The notes beneath the pieces are model-generated. The model worked only from the letters and a program-made list of their open reading frames with translations, had not been told where the DNA came from and made no database searches. From Octopus vulgaris (Eukaryota), in assembly GCA_951406725.2 (NCBI GenBank), contig OX597818.1:92876001-92940000 (forward strand): 64,000 bases of DNA. Direction: 5' to 3'. This document shows positions 26,688-39,380 of this stretch, piece after piece. Position 1 is the first letter of the stretch, and every line of letters begins with the position of its first letter. Both the position numbers and the translations under genes were made by a program.

Positions 26688-27060
26688 TCATCATCATCAT
26701 CGCTTAACGTCCGTCTTCCGTGCTAGCACGGGTTGGACGGTTTGACTGCACCAGGCTCCAATCTGATCTGGCAGTGTTTCTACAGCTGGATGCCCTTCCT
26801 AACGCCAACCACACCGAGAGTGTAGTGGGTGCTTTTTACATGCCACCGACACAGGTGCTGGGGGGGGGGGCTGGCAGCAGCCACGATCGGGTGGTACTTT
26901 TTACGTGCCACCGGCACAGAAGCCAGTCAAGGCGGCGCTGGCGTCGGCTACGTTCGGATGGTGCTTTTTACGTGCCACCGGCACAGGTATCACAACTGCT
27001 ATTCCATTTGATATTTATTTCGATGTTTATGTACTTGACTCAATAGGTCTCCTTAAGCAC
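26688..27060 (-). mobile_element. SINE family D with RTE-type tail
   Basis: Repeated GGTGGCACGTAAAAAGCACC units and GGACGTTAA..(GAT)n tail; same family as 38230-38690. Confidence 0.75.
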
Positions 27061-27119
27061 GGCAGGTCACTCTACGTTCCAAGGTAAGCACAGCAGGACG
27101 TTCTGCAATCCCAGGTACT

Positions 27120-27970
27120 TTGAATGGGCTGTGGCTATACAAAACTGGTGTAGGAAGCAGCCCGGGTCTTTGCAGTCACAGCATATCTCCAGAGATCTCG
27201 GTCCTTCGTCATTGCCTCTGTGAGGCCCAACGCTCAGAAGTCATGCTTGACTACCTCATCCCATGTCTTCCTGGGTCTACCTCTACCCCGGATTCCTTCA
27301 ACTGTTTGGGAGTGGCACTTCTTCACACATCTCTCCTCATCCATCCTCAGTACATGATTTACCATCGCAAGCGTCTCTCTTGCACACCACATCTGATGCT
27401 TCTTATGCCCAACATTTCTCTCAGGACGCTTACACTCTGTCGTGTGTGCACACTGACATTAAACATCCAGCGGATCATGTTAGCTTCATTTCTTTCAAGT
27501 CTACGTATATCCTCTGCAGTCACAGCCCATGTTTCACTACCGTGAAGCATGGCGGTTCGCACACATGCATCATACAATCTACCTTTCGCTCTGAGCGAGA
27601 GACCTTTTGTTACCAGTAGGGGTAGGAGCTTTCTAAACTTTGCCCAGACTATTCGTATTCTAGTGGTGACACTCACTGAGCATCCACCTCCACTACTAAC
27701 TTGGTCACGTAGGTAGCGGAAGCTATCAACTACTTCTAGTTTCTCCCCCTGGAGTATGATGGAATCTGTTTTCTGAGTATCTGTGGCGTCTATTGCCCCT
27801 GTGCATCTGCCGCACATGAAAGCCATCTTATCAGTTAATTTCCCTTTGATGTTGCTGCACCTCTTATGCGTCCATAGTTTACACTGGGTACATCTTATGG
27901 CATTTCTATCTATACCTTTCCTACAGATCGAGCAGGGCCACCTGCCCGAGGGGTTGTGTGATGAGTTCGC
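27120..27970 (-). mobile_element. RTE-clade LINE 3' fragment
   Basis: WPCSIC..CTQCKLWTHKRC finger, VVDSFRYL, KGRLYDACVRTAMLHGSETW, RRLRW. Confidence 0.88.
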
Positions 27971-28180
27971 CTTTTTAAAATAGCCATGGACTATCAATTC
28001 AATAATACAACTTAAACGAAACAATTCAGAAACACAAGACACGCTCTATATAACAATATCCAGCAGGTCGGTGACTTAGCGCATTACACACACAACGCAA
28101 ACACTAATACAACAAAAGACTGCACAATGCCTCACACACCCTTGCAACATGCAAGTATAGCAAGTCATGCAATAGAAAGT

Positions 28181-28423
28181 TAAGCCTTGCACGGAATGGT
28201 TTTTCTCTCCATTTCTTCTTTAGTATGTTTTGTAGTTCTGTTTTCATGTTGTTTTTGTCTCTTCGACCATCTCTGCTATGTTGTCATCTGAGGTCAGTGT
28301 ATCACTGTAGTTTGTTCTGTTTTGTATTTTGTCGCCTCCTTGTTTTCTTTTTCTGTTGTTGCTTTCTTACATATAGCAGTCTCCACTTTTTGTTTCTAAG
28401 TACTTTTCCAATTCAACAGTTGT

Positions 28424-28473
<50 letters not shown>

Positions 28474-29470
28474 TGTTTGTGTCTGCTTTGGGGTGGTAAC
28501 TTCAGTATGCTGTTTATAGTTTTCTGGTTTTTCTAAGTTTTTCAATACACTGATCATCAAGTTTATTATGTTGAAGCTGTAATTTATGATTTGGTATGAC
28601 TTACCGTTTTTAACATTGAGTTCAGTGTTTAATGATATTAGTCTAACTTTTCTGTAATACTCTCATCTAATTTTCTCTTTCATTTCTGTATGTTGCATTT
28701 TAGCTGTTTCGTCTACTCTTAGATAATTATATAGGCGATTATGGTCTAATTCTCTGATTTCTATGTCTATGTCAAGTGCAGCATTTTCAGTGCTGATTAA
28801 TTTACCTCTTCTCAGTGCCACTTCGGCACATTTGTCCAGCCCAATGCCCATCCTATTCTATGGTATTTTTAGTGAAAATTGTTAAGTAATCTAAGTACAA
28901 GAGATAATTTATTGTTTGTCCATAGCACCTATAACTCATGGTGGTTTCATTTAACGAGTTTGTTAGCGGGGTCAGAGGAAAGCAGAAAAGCAGGGGCGAC
29001 AGCTAATCTCCTTGGAAAACCCCGCTTCTTACGGGTATAGAACAGGTTTTAATGACTTGTGATTCATTTTTCAATGTTATACTGGTTTTCCAGTTTGCTA
29101 TTGCATGTTTGATATATTTTAGTACTGTTGGAGCTACTTTATCTTAGTGTGAAACACTGTCGAATGCTTTCAGGTAATCGATCCAAATGATGTTCAGGTT
29201 CGTTTTTCTCCTCTTACAGTCCTCTATAATGGTTCAGTTTGCCAGAAGTTGCTCCTTACAACCATTCATCCATCTCCAGCACCCCTTTTGTTCTTCTGGT
29301 AAAACATTGTGGTTTTGCAGGTGTATTATTACACATCTCACGCGAGAGACATACCAAACCCATATCGATATTTTTGCGAAGACCCAACGTATACGATGCA
29401 GTGTGGTAGTCAGGACATGCTGAATTTTCATATCTATTCAGAATGTTTCTGTACGTACATCTATAGATTT
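28181..29470 (-). mobile_element. R4/Dong-like RT fragment, degenerate
   Basis: LPEEQKGC..GCKEQLL, IWIDYLKAFD, GVFQGD, GLDKCA. Confidence 0.8.
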
Positions 29471-29880
29471 TAGTGAGATCCACCGCAGCAAGGTAGATTA
29501 AGGAAGAGATTTTTCATAAGTTCATACTTACCTTTGAAATACTAAAGATGAAGACCCAGAAGTTGTTCTTTTTGAAGAGGACGAGATATATAACATAATT
29601 GCTAAGATTGGGATAGATTTCGATTGAGAAAGAGAGAGATAGAGAATTTCTTTATTCACCATAGGGTTGAGAAAAAGAGGGGACAATACGGAGACAGACA
29701 AAACAAACGTTGGGGTCAGGGTATCGAATGAGACGAAACGTATGAATAAACAAACAATTAAAATATATACAATTAAATGAGAATGAGTGATTAACAAATA
29801 ATGAAGCGGAGGACGCGGTTGACCCCACAAACCACATACTCACACTGAAGACCTTGCTTTCTCCTTTTTCACATTCTCGT

Positions 29881-30400
29881 TTAAACAGGTTCTTTCACTC
29901 GCAACATACTTGCTATGTACTTCCATCTTTTACGAGACACACTTTGCGACAAGCATTTCTTCTCCAGCCTTATTTTCCGTTTCATGTGGAAAACGAAAAA
30001 GTCGATTAGCTCGAGACTGGAGATGGACACGCCTGTTGCAATTCCTTTCACTCTCGTCTTCCATACTACCTCTTTCGCCACAGCAACTACCGAGAGAAAA
30101 CTGGCTCGCTTCTCTCTATTCAGGGAGGTCGGCGGAACGATCTTAATTACAGATTCGCTCGACAGTTGTACTCTTCTCGAATGCGACAGCAGGTGTTCAA
30201 CATAAGCCCAGAGTTCAGTCACCTTGGGGCATTGCACAATCGCGTGCAGGACAGTTTCACTGTCTGTCTTGCATCTTGCACAAACCGGCGAAGGTGCACA
30301 CCCATGTCTAAAGAGCTTATCTCGAACCGGTAAAGCTCCTCTGTAACATTGCCATGCAGAGTGTTGTGGTGATAGGAGCAATCTGTATATCTCTGCACAA
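29881..30400 (-). mobile_element. L1/Tx1-clade ORF2 C-terminal fragment
   Basis: WQCYRGALPVRDKL, CARC..ETVLHAIVQCP zinc-knuckle (zf-RVT-like). Confidence 0.8.
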
Positions 30401-31363
30401 GTCATACGCCAGCCTGGCTGAGTATTATACTGCACATACTAACAACGTATATGGTTCGATGACAACATGACCATTTTCCATCTTTTCACGGCATGGAACC
30501 TCAACAAATATACATATCAAAGTTACACTTTCATCCTTTTCACTCTTTGGTCATGTCTAACACAGATAAGCTAAAAGTTGCTACAAAAGCTGGGTCTCAC
30601 AATCTCTGATAATCTGTCATCTCAATCCATACTGGTGTATAAATACTCTGTATAGGACGGTGTTGCTGCTTCCTACACAAACATTACAGTCCTCATTCAA
30701 ATGAACAATTCTTTTGACTGTCAACGAGTCCATCATCAACAGGCTTCAATCATTTGCTAACAGACGCACTGTTTCATCTCTTCATACTCTATCTCGATCC
30801 TAATGACCGTTACTTCTTTAAATTATCCTTGTATATTCACTCACATTCATTCAACATTCATTTAAACATATCTTCCTTAGTTCCTGACCCGTCACCCTTT
30901 CTGTAACTTATCTTTCAGACGCTACTCTTCGTCCACTCACTCCTCTAGAATTCCATATGCACCTTTTTTTTTTTGTCTTTTGTTTTTCTCCTTTCGTTCA
31001 AACACTAGCCTTCTGTTGTTCAAACTGAACATCAACCACATCATTTGTCTCCAGCCTAAGAAATATTGCGAGGTTCACTGGCAGTGACGCTCCTCTGCTG
31101 ACTGTTTTTATACTTTATCTTTTAGTTGTTTCACTTATTGGACTGCGACCAGGCTGGTGTCATGCACCGCCTTTAAGGGTTTAGTAGAATAAATCGACCC
31201 CAGTACTTATTTTACAAGCCAAATATGACTGTCATTTTCTTTTGCCGAACGGCTAAGTTACGGGGACGTAAACAAGACAACTCTGATTGTCAAGCGGTAG
31301 TGGCCACAAACACGAACTTGCTGCGCGCGCACACACACGCACGCACGACTCGCGCGCGCGCAC

Positions 31364-31409
<46 letters not shown>

Positions 31410-31411
<2 letters not shown>

Positions 31412-32055
31412 AGGTAAATAAGATGATAAATAAAAATATATACATACATACAAACATATATGTACGTACCTACATCTACATGTATATATACATGCATATA
31501 TAAATAATTATACGGGAGTACAGGACATCACAATAAGACGTAGAAACGGAAAAAACCAAAAAACAAAAAACACAAGAAAACGGAAAACGAAAAACAAGAA
31601 AACGAAAAACAAATACAGGACGAGCTACACAAGGACAAAACCCCCGTCATCAGCTGTCGCTAGAGGAGTCAGGCATGTTTCGAAGGCATAACAGAACACT
31701 AATCCAATAGACCTTCCTGCGAGAGAATTAAAATAAAATTCCAAGCAGCGGGGCAAAATGAGTACGAACACAAACAAGACGTAACAATAAGACTGCAAAA
31801 TTAAAATACATGTACAAAAACAAACACACAAGAGGACGAACGAAAAAGCCTTTTTTCTGGCATAGACGAACAATAAAACTGCAAAAATAAAAATACATGT
31901 ACAAAAAATACAATTAGTTACAAAACGAGATACATGTACAAAAACAAACACACAAGAGGACGAACGAAAAAGCCTTTTTTCTGGCATAGACAAACAATAA
32001 AACTGCAAAAATAAAAATACATGTACAAAAAGTACAATTAGTTACAAAACGAGAA
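31410..32055 (-). mobile_element. TA-embedded repeat (putative Penelope pseudo-LTR) with a ~124-bp tandem duplication
   Basis: Shares its tail with 6975-7170; 31807-31930 is duplicated at 31931-32053. Confidence 0.55.
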
Positions 32056-32573
32056 AATAAAAAGAATACTATACAGGAAATCAATATATATATATATATA
32101 TTTGTAAAAAATGAAGTTCGAAAATGCTGCTATATTATACAATTTTTAATTTTTATATATACATTATAACATGTTTCAGTTCCTGAAATGAACCTTATCA
32201 AAAAAAGTTATATATAAAAAAAGACAGCTCATGCCGTCAAACACAAGAAATTCATTTATAATACACAACGGAGTCAGACATCTTAGAGTTCATGTATAGT
32301 TGATATATAGTTTGAAGTAAGTTCATTCATGCTATATGTTCAAAGTGTTCGATGCAGTGGCCCACGGTGGCGATACGTATTCAATACAAAAAACAGATCA
32401 AAGTGGTGGAAAGCAGTCAATACAGAAGATTGATGTTTCCGAAAGAGCGAGGAATTCATTTTTACCTTAAGCAATTGTGATGACCCATGGTGGGTGTTCG
32501 CTGGGTGGTTCTAGTGAGTTTTGTGAAGTGCTCGGTTTTATAATGCCTGTTAGGTGGTCAATCCAGCGTAGCG

Positions 32574-32907
32574 TGACGTCATCAACGTTTTGACCAATCG
32601 TTTCGTTAGGTGGCTTTAGTCAAGCAGAACGGGACGTCATCATCATTTTGACCAATCGCTGCATTATAACTGCCTCTTGTTTGTTTCCTGTTTTGACCAG
32701 TCGCTTCGTTAGTCAAGCAGAACGGGACATCATCCAGATTCTGCCCAATCACGACTTATAGCTACATTAGATCTGCCCCCTGTCTGTACTTGTTAGGTGA
32801 CTAGTCAAGCAGAAAAGGACGTCATCAATATTCTGACTAATGACTGTCCCCTGTTTGTATCCTGTCCATTCTAGCAGAGCTAGACGTCATCAACTTGTTG
32901 ACCAATC
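32574..32907 (+). repeat. Five imperfect units GACGTCATCA..GACCAATC
   Basis: Units at about 32575, 32633, 32725, 32818 and 32883. Confidence 0.8.
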
Positions 32908-33050
32908 AGAATCGGGTCTGACCTTTAGCTGTATCGTATGTATCAGGGTCAGATTTGCACGAAAGAATTTTTTTCCTTTTTTACTAAGGCATATTTCCGT
33001 CAGAGCGACTGTCTGTTTAAGGTAGCGGCCGTGGTGGAATTTTGCTTCTC

Positions 33051-33114
<64 letters not shown>

Positions 33115-34199
33115 TCGGGCTTCTTTCAGTTTCAGTCTACCAAATCCACTCACATGGTTTTAGTCGACTCGGGGTTATAGTAGAAGATACTTGCCCATGG
33201 TACCACGCAGTAGAACTGAGCCCGAGGCTTTATAGCAGTGAAGTTAACTTTTCAACCCGCGCCTTAAGAGTGGGTAGAAAAAAAACATAATCTCCTGTGC
33301 TAGTTTGAAAATATTTCCACGCCTAAGAAATAAAAGAAATGTTTTAATGTTCCAGAATCGCAAAGGAAAAAAAAGAAGTAGTTTAATCTGTTCATTCCGC
33401 CTTGTTTAGTTTCGAGTTCCCTTCCTCTTCTACTACAACGGAATCGATAATTAACTATAAAATTAGCAAGTTAAATACACATAACAAAACAGTACATCTC
33501 AAGTGGTTTCAGGGCTGGATGTCGGATGTTTATCTCAGTTAATAGTTCGTCAAAAGTTTATCTAAGTTTATCAAGGCTTATTTAAGTCTGTATCATATAA
33601 GATAATTACTCAAGCTCCCACCGTTTTTAGCAATCGTCCTCCCTCACCCGCCCCTCTCACTCTCTCTATTAAGCCTCATTTTCTTTCAGTGTGTGTGTCT
33701 GTGTGTACGCATGTATGTTTGGGAACACTCCTGTTCTATATTTTCTCATTACGGGTTCTCATATTTACTTTATTTTATTTGCAACAATATGTATCTGAAA
33801 TCAATTATCATTCTTAGACCTTATTAGTTTTTCAACGTATCGGATAAACTGATTTTAATGGTTGTTGTTGTTATTGCCATTATTGTTATGTTGTTGTTGT
33901 TGTTGTTGGCAAGAATTATGGGTACAATGGTTGTTATGGAAATATAAAATTTCTAATTCGCTTTTTTGTAATAGCAAGCATTCATTGTCCCCTGTGGCAA
34001 AAAAAACCCAACCTTTTTGAAGGGAAAAGAAAACAGTGGAGAGGGAGGTACTGCAGTGGCGTAACTGGAGTGCGCAGCACCAGGGATAGCCCTTCAGTTT
34101 ACACCCCACCAGGGCCCCAACCCTATATAGGCTTATACAACAGACCCAAAAGTGTTGCCTCTATAACAGGGGTCTCCGGGGAGTGCACGCGTGAGTGTG

Positions 34200-34790
34200 A
34201 GCGTACGTGTGTGTCTGTGTTTCCTCGCCACCACCTCTTGACAACCGCTGTCGGCTTGTTTACGTCTCCGTAACTTAGCGGCTCGGCATGAGAGGCCGCT
34301 AGAATAAGCACCAGGTTTTAAAAATAATATGTACAGGGTGCAATTCGTTCGACTAAAAAAAAATCCTTCAAGGCGGTGCCCCAGCATGGCCGCAGTTCAA
34401 TGACTGAAACAAGTTGAATATAAAAGATTACGAACCACATGGTTCAGGGTTTAGTCCCACTGCGTGGCACCTTGGGCAAGTGTCTTCTACTATAGCCTCG
34501 GGTCAACCAAAGCCTTGTGAGTGGATTTGGTAGACGGAAACTGAAAGAAGCCCGTCGTATATATATGTGTGTGTGTGTGTGTGTTTGTCCCTGCACCATC
34601 ACTTGACAACCGATGCTGGTGAGTTTACGTCCCCGTAACTTAGCGGTTCGGCAAAAGAGATGATAAAATAAGTACTAGGCTTACAAAGAATAAGTCTTGG
34701 GGTCGATTTGCTCGGCTCAAGGCGGTGCTCCAACATGGCCACAGTCAAATGACTGAAACAAGTAAAAGAGAAAAAGAGTAAAAGAGAATG
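34200..34790 (+). mobile_element. Two SINE family B pieces (CORE-like domain, LINE-like tail)
   Basis: CCTTGGGCAAGTGTCTT core; tails GGCGGTGC..CATGGCC.CAGT..ACTGAAAC. Confidence 0.85.
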
Positions 34791-35167
34791 ATACATTCAA
34801 ATGGAATAAAGACACTAATATTCCGTTATTCTGATTTTCCTTGGTTTCGCTGTCTTTGTCTCAAGTTTCACTCATATATCAAAAATTGTTCATAATGAGC
34901 TCTCATGATTTATTTTCGCAGTCACACTGTCCATCATACTGATTTTAACTGTAGAGGTCTTCAAATACTACTCTGCAATGCATTGTGAAAAAATTTTTTT
35001 CCAGTTTTCATTAATGATAGCCATCTTATTATCTAACGCTTGTTTTTAAGGCTGATTTCAATTCTGCTTTTAGTTTCATGAGTCATGTCCAGGTTTTCTT
35101 TTTTTTTCTTTTTTTTTTTTTGAAAACCATTCCCAAATTTTATCAATATAATGCTTGTCAAATACAC

Positions 35168-35219
<52 letters not shown>

Positions 35220-35560
35220 AAAAGAAGTTACTCTTATATATAATATAATAGCAACTATGCTCATTGTTGCTGCTTTATGAAAGGTCTATCCCTTTTCTCT
35301 AATGTCTATGTACTAAATCAGGTTTATATTTATAACAATTAGATATATAAGCGCAGGTTGTGAAGAGATTCGTTTTACAACCTCGTAATTTCAGGTTCAG
35401 TCCCATTGCGCAGCAACCGGGGCAAGTGTCTTCTATTATATTCTCTGGTCGATCAATATCTTGTTAGTGAATTGGTTAGCAGAAAACTGAGTGGAAAACT
35501 GTCGAAGGTGAAACAGCTTTCTCTTCTTGGATGGTCGAATATAATCACTTCTGATTTGCA

Positions 35561-36295
35561 GACACTTGATGTATCAAACTGATACAATTTTGAAGGATAA
35601 GAGAGTGGGACTGGCTCTGCACAAACCATTTCCACTAGAATAAACCCCCGCTGCCTTGTAAGGGAAATTTGTTGAGCTTTTAAAAGAGATTAAGCAATTA
35701 AACCCCAACAGAATATCTGGAAGGAGGGATCCGAAATCATATATGAACAGTTGTACTTAGCCAATATCTGGCATACCCTAAGCACCAATAGTCTGCCATA
35801 TATTTATATTCCATTATCCCTCCTTTTTCTTTTCTTTTTTTTTTTTATAGTTTTTATCGCTTGGTGGAAACATTGTCCTTCCTTCTCACTGGTTAGCCAT
35901 TTTCGTCTTTGGTCGACGGACGGTATTGCAGAGACTGTAACTTAACCCCTTCCGCTGTGCCAGGACTGTTCCCAGAAGCGAGCGCGTAGCCCCAAGTACA
36001 CGTACCCTCTCTCTACTCATAGATACGTCAAGTAGGGAAGACTAGTTAGTAAGTTCGCAGAATCCATGGAGCCTTAGAGTTTACCAGATATTGGTTAAGT
36101 AGAACTGTTCATATAAGCTTTCGGATCCCTCCTTTCAGATATTCTGTTGGGAGTTAATTGCTTAAACTCTTTTAAAAGCTCAACAAATTTCCCTTAAAAG
36201 GCAGCGGGGGTTTATTATAGTGGACATGATTTGTGCAGAGCCAGTCCCACTCCCTCATCCTTCAAAATTGTATCAGTTTGATGCATCAAGTGTCA
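35561..36295. repeat. ~210-bp inverted repeat (35561-35770/36084-36295)
   Basis: Clearly alignable reverse complements with scattered substitutions. Confidence 0.9.
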
Positions 36296-36559
36296 CGAGC
36301 AACCCAGTAGTTATCAGAATGCAGGATTCATACAGAGTCTTTTAGATTAGGAGCTGAAGGACTTTATCCACCCTGGCTCCGTTGGAGGTGTCTATGAGTG
36401 ACCTTTTTGGGGAAGTAATTCCGTGATATGCTAAATAACCCACTTCTGGAGAGTACACCTGGAGACAATCAAGGTTTAGACGTGGTTCCACACTTCTCAA
36501 AATACTAGAATTCTCAAACCAGGGCCCCACTACCGGATTCAGTTTAAAGTCATACTTAT

Positions 36560-37020
36560 GACTAAATGTCTCTAAATTGGGAGGGAAATAATCTAAGTGG
36601 CTGTAGAAGAAAAGCACTTTAATGCACTCGACCCTCTGGAAGGAAAAAAACTAGTAACATATTTACCAGATCTTTGTTGCCTGAGAATTCAGATACTCAA
36701 ACATTTTCTCACCAGGTGTAGATAAGCCTATCAATAGCTCATTTTTTAATTAATGTTTTTGTCCTAATCATATTCTTTTCTATTCTAAGCACAAGGCCCG
36801 AAATTTGGAGGGAGGGAGGCCAGTCAATTAGATCGACCCCAGTACGCAAATGGTACTTAATTTATCGACCACCAAAAGGATGAAAGTCAAAGTCGACCTC
36901 GGCGGAATTTGAACTCAAAACGTGAAGGCAAACGATATATCCTAATCATATTAAAAGCTCACTTGCCTTCAACTTGTCTTCACTCGTAACATTTTCCACA
37001 TCGATAGTTGAAAGTGTCAT
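36560..37020 (-). pseudogene. Degenerate transposase relic (Chapaev-3/CMC-like), split by a SINE
   Basis: SEDKLKA, FSGNKDLVNML, FFYSHLDYFPPNLETFS resemble the LSxAKLKxGIF..SHLDxFPxNLGAxS motifs; SINE 36775-36939 with 13-bp TSD TCCTAATCATATT. Confidence 0.6.
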
Positions 37021-37307
37021 TTAACTTTAACAAATTAGAATACAAGACGCATTCTTTTTTTTTTTTATTATTTTTTTTACCAAACAAAATATCAAAATGT
37101 CTCAAAAAAGTCCACTCAGGTTCTTCAAAGGGGCTAATTTTAAGCTTAGCACAAGGTTTGACTGAACAATTTGTTCATGAAGATAAACTGAGAGAATCAT
37201 TAGAGCGTCGAAAAGCAAATGCTTTCAGATATTTGTTCCGGCTCTTTACGCTATGAATTAAAACCCCATCGAGGTTAACTTTGCCTGAAGTCAATAAAAC
37301 AAAGTAC

Positions 37308-37533
37308 CCATGTTTGATGGCACAAAAGACCTGCGGGCACATTAGACGCACCCCAATTTCATATTAATTTCATACTAATATGCACCCCAGGTGCATATTG
37401 AGAGGAAAAAAGTTTTCAGTACTTTAAAGCTTATGGTAGGTCCAACTTTGCATATAGGATCCGAGGAGACGTTTTAGAGAGACATTTTGTGTGGGAAAAA
37501 AAGCAATGCATCTAATATGCCATCAAATACGGT
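37308..37533. mobile_element. pogo/Tigger-like MITE
   Basis: Imperfect TIRs related to CCGTATTTGATGGCATATTAGA. Confidence 0.5.
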
Positions 37534-37549
37534 GCAAGTCAAGTATTGT

Positions 37550-37870
37550 GAAGGTGTGTGACCTAGTGTTTAGGGTATTCGGCTCACGATCGTAACCTCC
37601 TGAGTTCGATTGGTGGCGGTGCGTTGTGTCCTTGAGCAAGACACTTTATTTCATATTGCTCTTGTCCACTCAGTTTGCAAAAACGAGTTGTACTTGTAAC
37701 TCAAAGGTCAGCTTTGTCACATTCTGTGTAACGCTTAATCTCCCTCAGAACTATGTTAAGGGTACGTGTGTTTGTAGAGTGCTCAGCCATTTGTGCGTTA
37801 ATTTCACGAGCTGGTCGTTCCGTTGATCGGACCAAATAGAACATTCGTCGTCGTAACAGGCAGAATGCCA
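37550..37870 (+). mobile_element. SINE family C (tRNA head, CORE-like)
   Basis: GAGTTCGAT B-box, GTGTCCTTGAGCAAGACACTTT; homologous to 44835-45173 (-). Confidence 0.8.
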
Positions 37871-37949
37871 GTCAAGTACTTGTGTCAATAATATCAACAA
37901 ATCTCATCTGCCCAAAACTGCTGGCCTTGTGTCTTAAATTAGAAACAAT

Positions 37950-38800
37950 TATTTGTGGTAGCGGTTGAATAATTTGTCGTTTGTCTTGATGGAAACATCC
38001 TCCTTCTTCACTATCACTATAAGCCTCTAAATTGACAGGGAAGCAATATAAAGGACTATAGAGGAAATGGACTTTAATGGATCCTAGATTTTGGAATGTA
38101 AAAAAATAAGGTAACTTATTTATAGTTTTCGAATTCGTTATTGTTCAAGAATCCATAACATCTACGAATGCTGCGCAGGTTTGAATAAGCTTATCAATAG
38201 CTCATTTTTTAATTACTGTTTTTATATAACCCGTGGCCTCTACCTGGGATGTAGCCAGCCTACTTATGCATACCTTTCCTTCTTGGGACACAAAACTCTG
38301 CTTGCGAAGACCTGTTGAGGCAAGTGAATTAGGAATCGAAATCGAAATCGTTCAAAAATCAATGGAAATTGTAGTTGTGATACCAGTGCTGGTGGCACGT
38401 AAAAGAACCATCCGAATGTGGCCGTTGCCAGCGCCGCCCCGACTGGCCTCCGTGCCGGTGGCACGTAAAAAGCACCAACCGATCGTGGCTGTTGCCAGCC
38501 TCGCCTGGCACCGTGCCGGTGGCACGTAAAAAGCACCCACTACACCCACGGAGTGGTTGGCGTTAGGAAGGGCATCTAGCTGTAGAAACACTGCCAGGTC
38601 AGACTGGGCCTGGTGCAGCCTCCTAGCTTCCCAGACCCCAGTCGAACCGTCCAACCCATGGAAAGCGGACGTTAAACGATGATGATGATATTATTCCCAG
38701 GGGCATTAAAAGATACCTGCCTTCAACTTGTCTTCATTTAAAGCAGCACATTTTCCACATCGATTTTTGAAAACATCCCAATTGTTCGTTCAAAGTTAGC
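37950..38800 (-). pseudogene. Second degenerate Chapaev-3-like transposase relic, split by SINE D (38230-38690)
   Basis: VFKNRCGKCAALNEDKLKAGIF, IKVHFLYSPLYCFPVNLEAYS..EEGGCFHQD. Confidence 0.65.
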
Positions 38801-39380
38801 AAGTGCTATTAGCGGTATTATGAGAGGAATATTCTAGTATTCAGTTATTGCTGCTGCTATGGCTGCTAATTTTGCTAGTACTGTCGCTGCTGTAAGTACT
38901 GGTGTCCCTGACACCAGTGGGTGTAACTGTAGTGGTGTGTCTGGTATTGGCGACGGGGTGGAAATGGGGGAGAAATGTCATCAGTTGAAGACGCCAAGCT
39001 TCTGCTACTATTTCCTGACCCCAAAACTAGTATCACCATCATCATCTTCAAAATCGCTCGCACTGGTGGCTGGTGTCACTACTACTACTACAACTACTAG
39101 CAGTAGCAACAGCAGCGGCGGCGGCGGCGGCGGCGGTGATAGTAGTGGTGGTGGTAAGAATAGTTTTGGCTTTCGCAACGTTGCCGCCGCCGCCACCACC
39201 ACCACCACCACAGATAGTTAAAATGAGTGGAGGGGGGAATATTTTCATAATTTTCCCTTCTGTTGGTTTACTGAAAAGTTGCTGACTTTGCACCTCCACC
39301 CTTCTTGCTACATTGACTTTTCTTCAATTCTGTTGATATAAGAAAGAAGAAAGAAGAAAAACCACATTAGATTAAATATA

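Noticed and set aside
31635-31690. Minus-strand hammerhead (GAAACATG..CTGATGA)
   Set aside because: No valid NUH site, and stems I and II do not close properly
32574-32907. CRISPR-like repeat-spacer array
   Set aside because: Repeats are imperfect, spacers are related and irregular, the context is eukaryotic and there are no cas genes
36666-37020. Apparent two-exon minus-strand gene MTLSTIDVENVTSEDKLKA/SLSTPGEK
   Set aside because: Better explained as a frameshifted transposase relic, with a paralogous relic at 37950-38800
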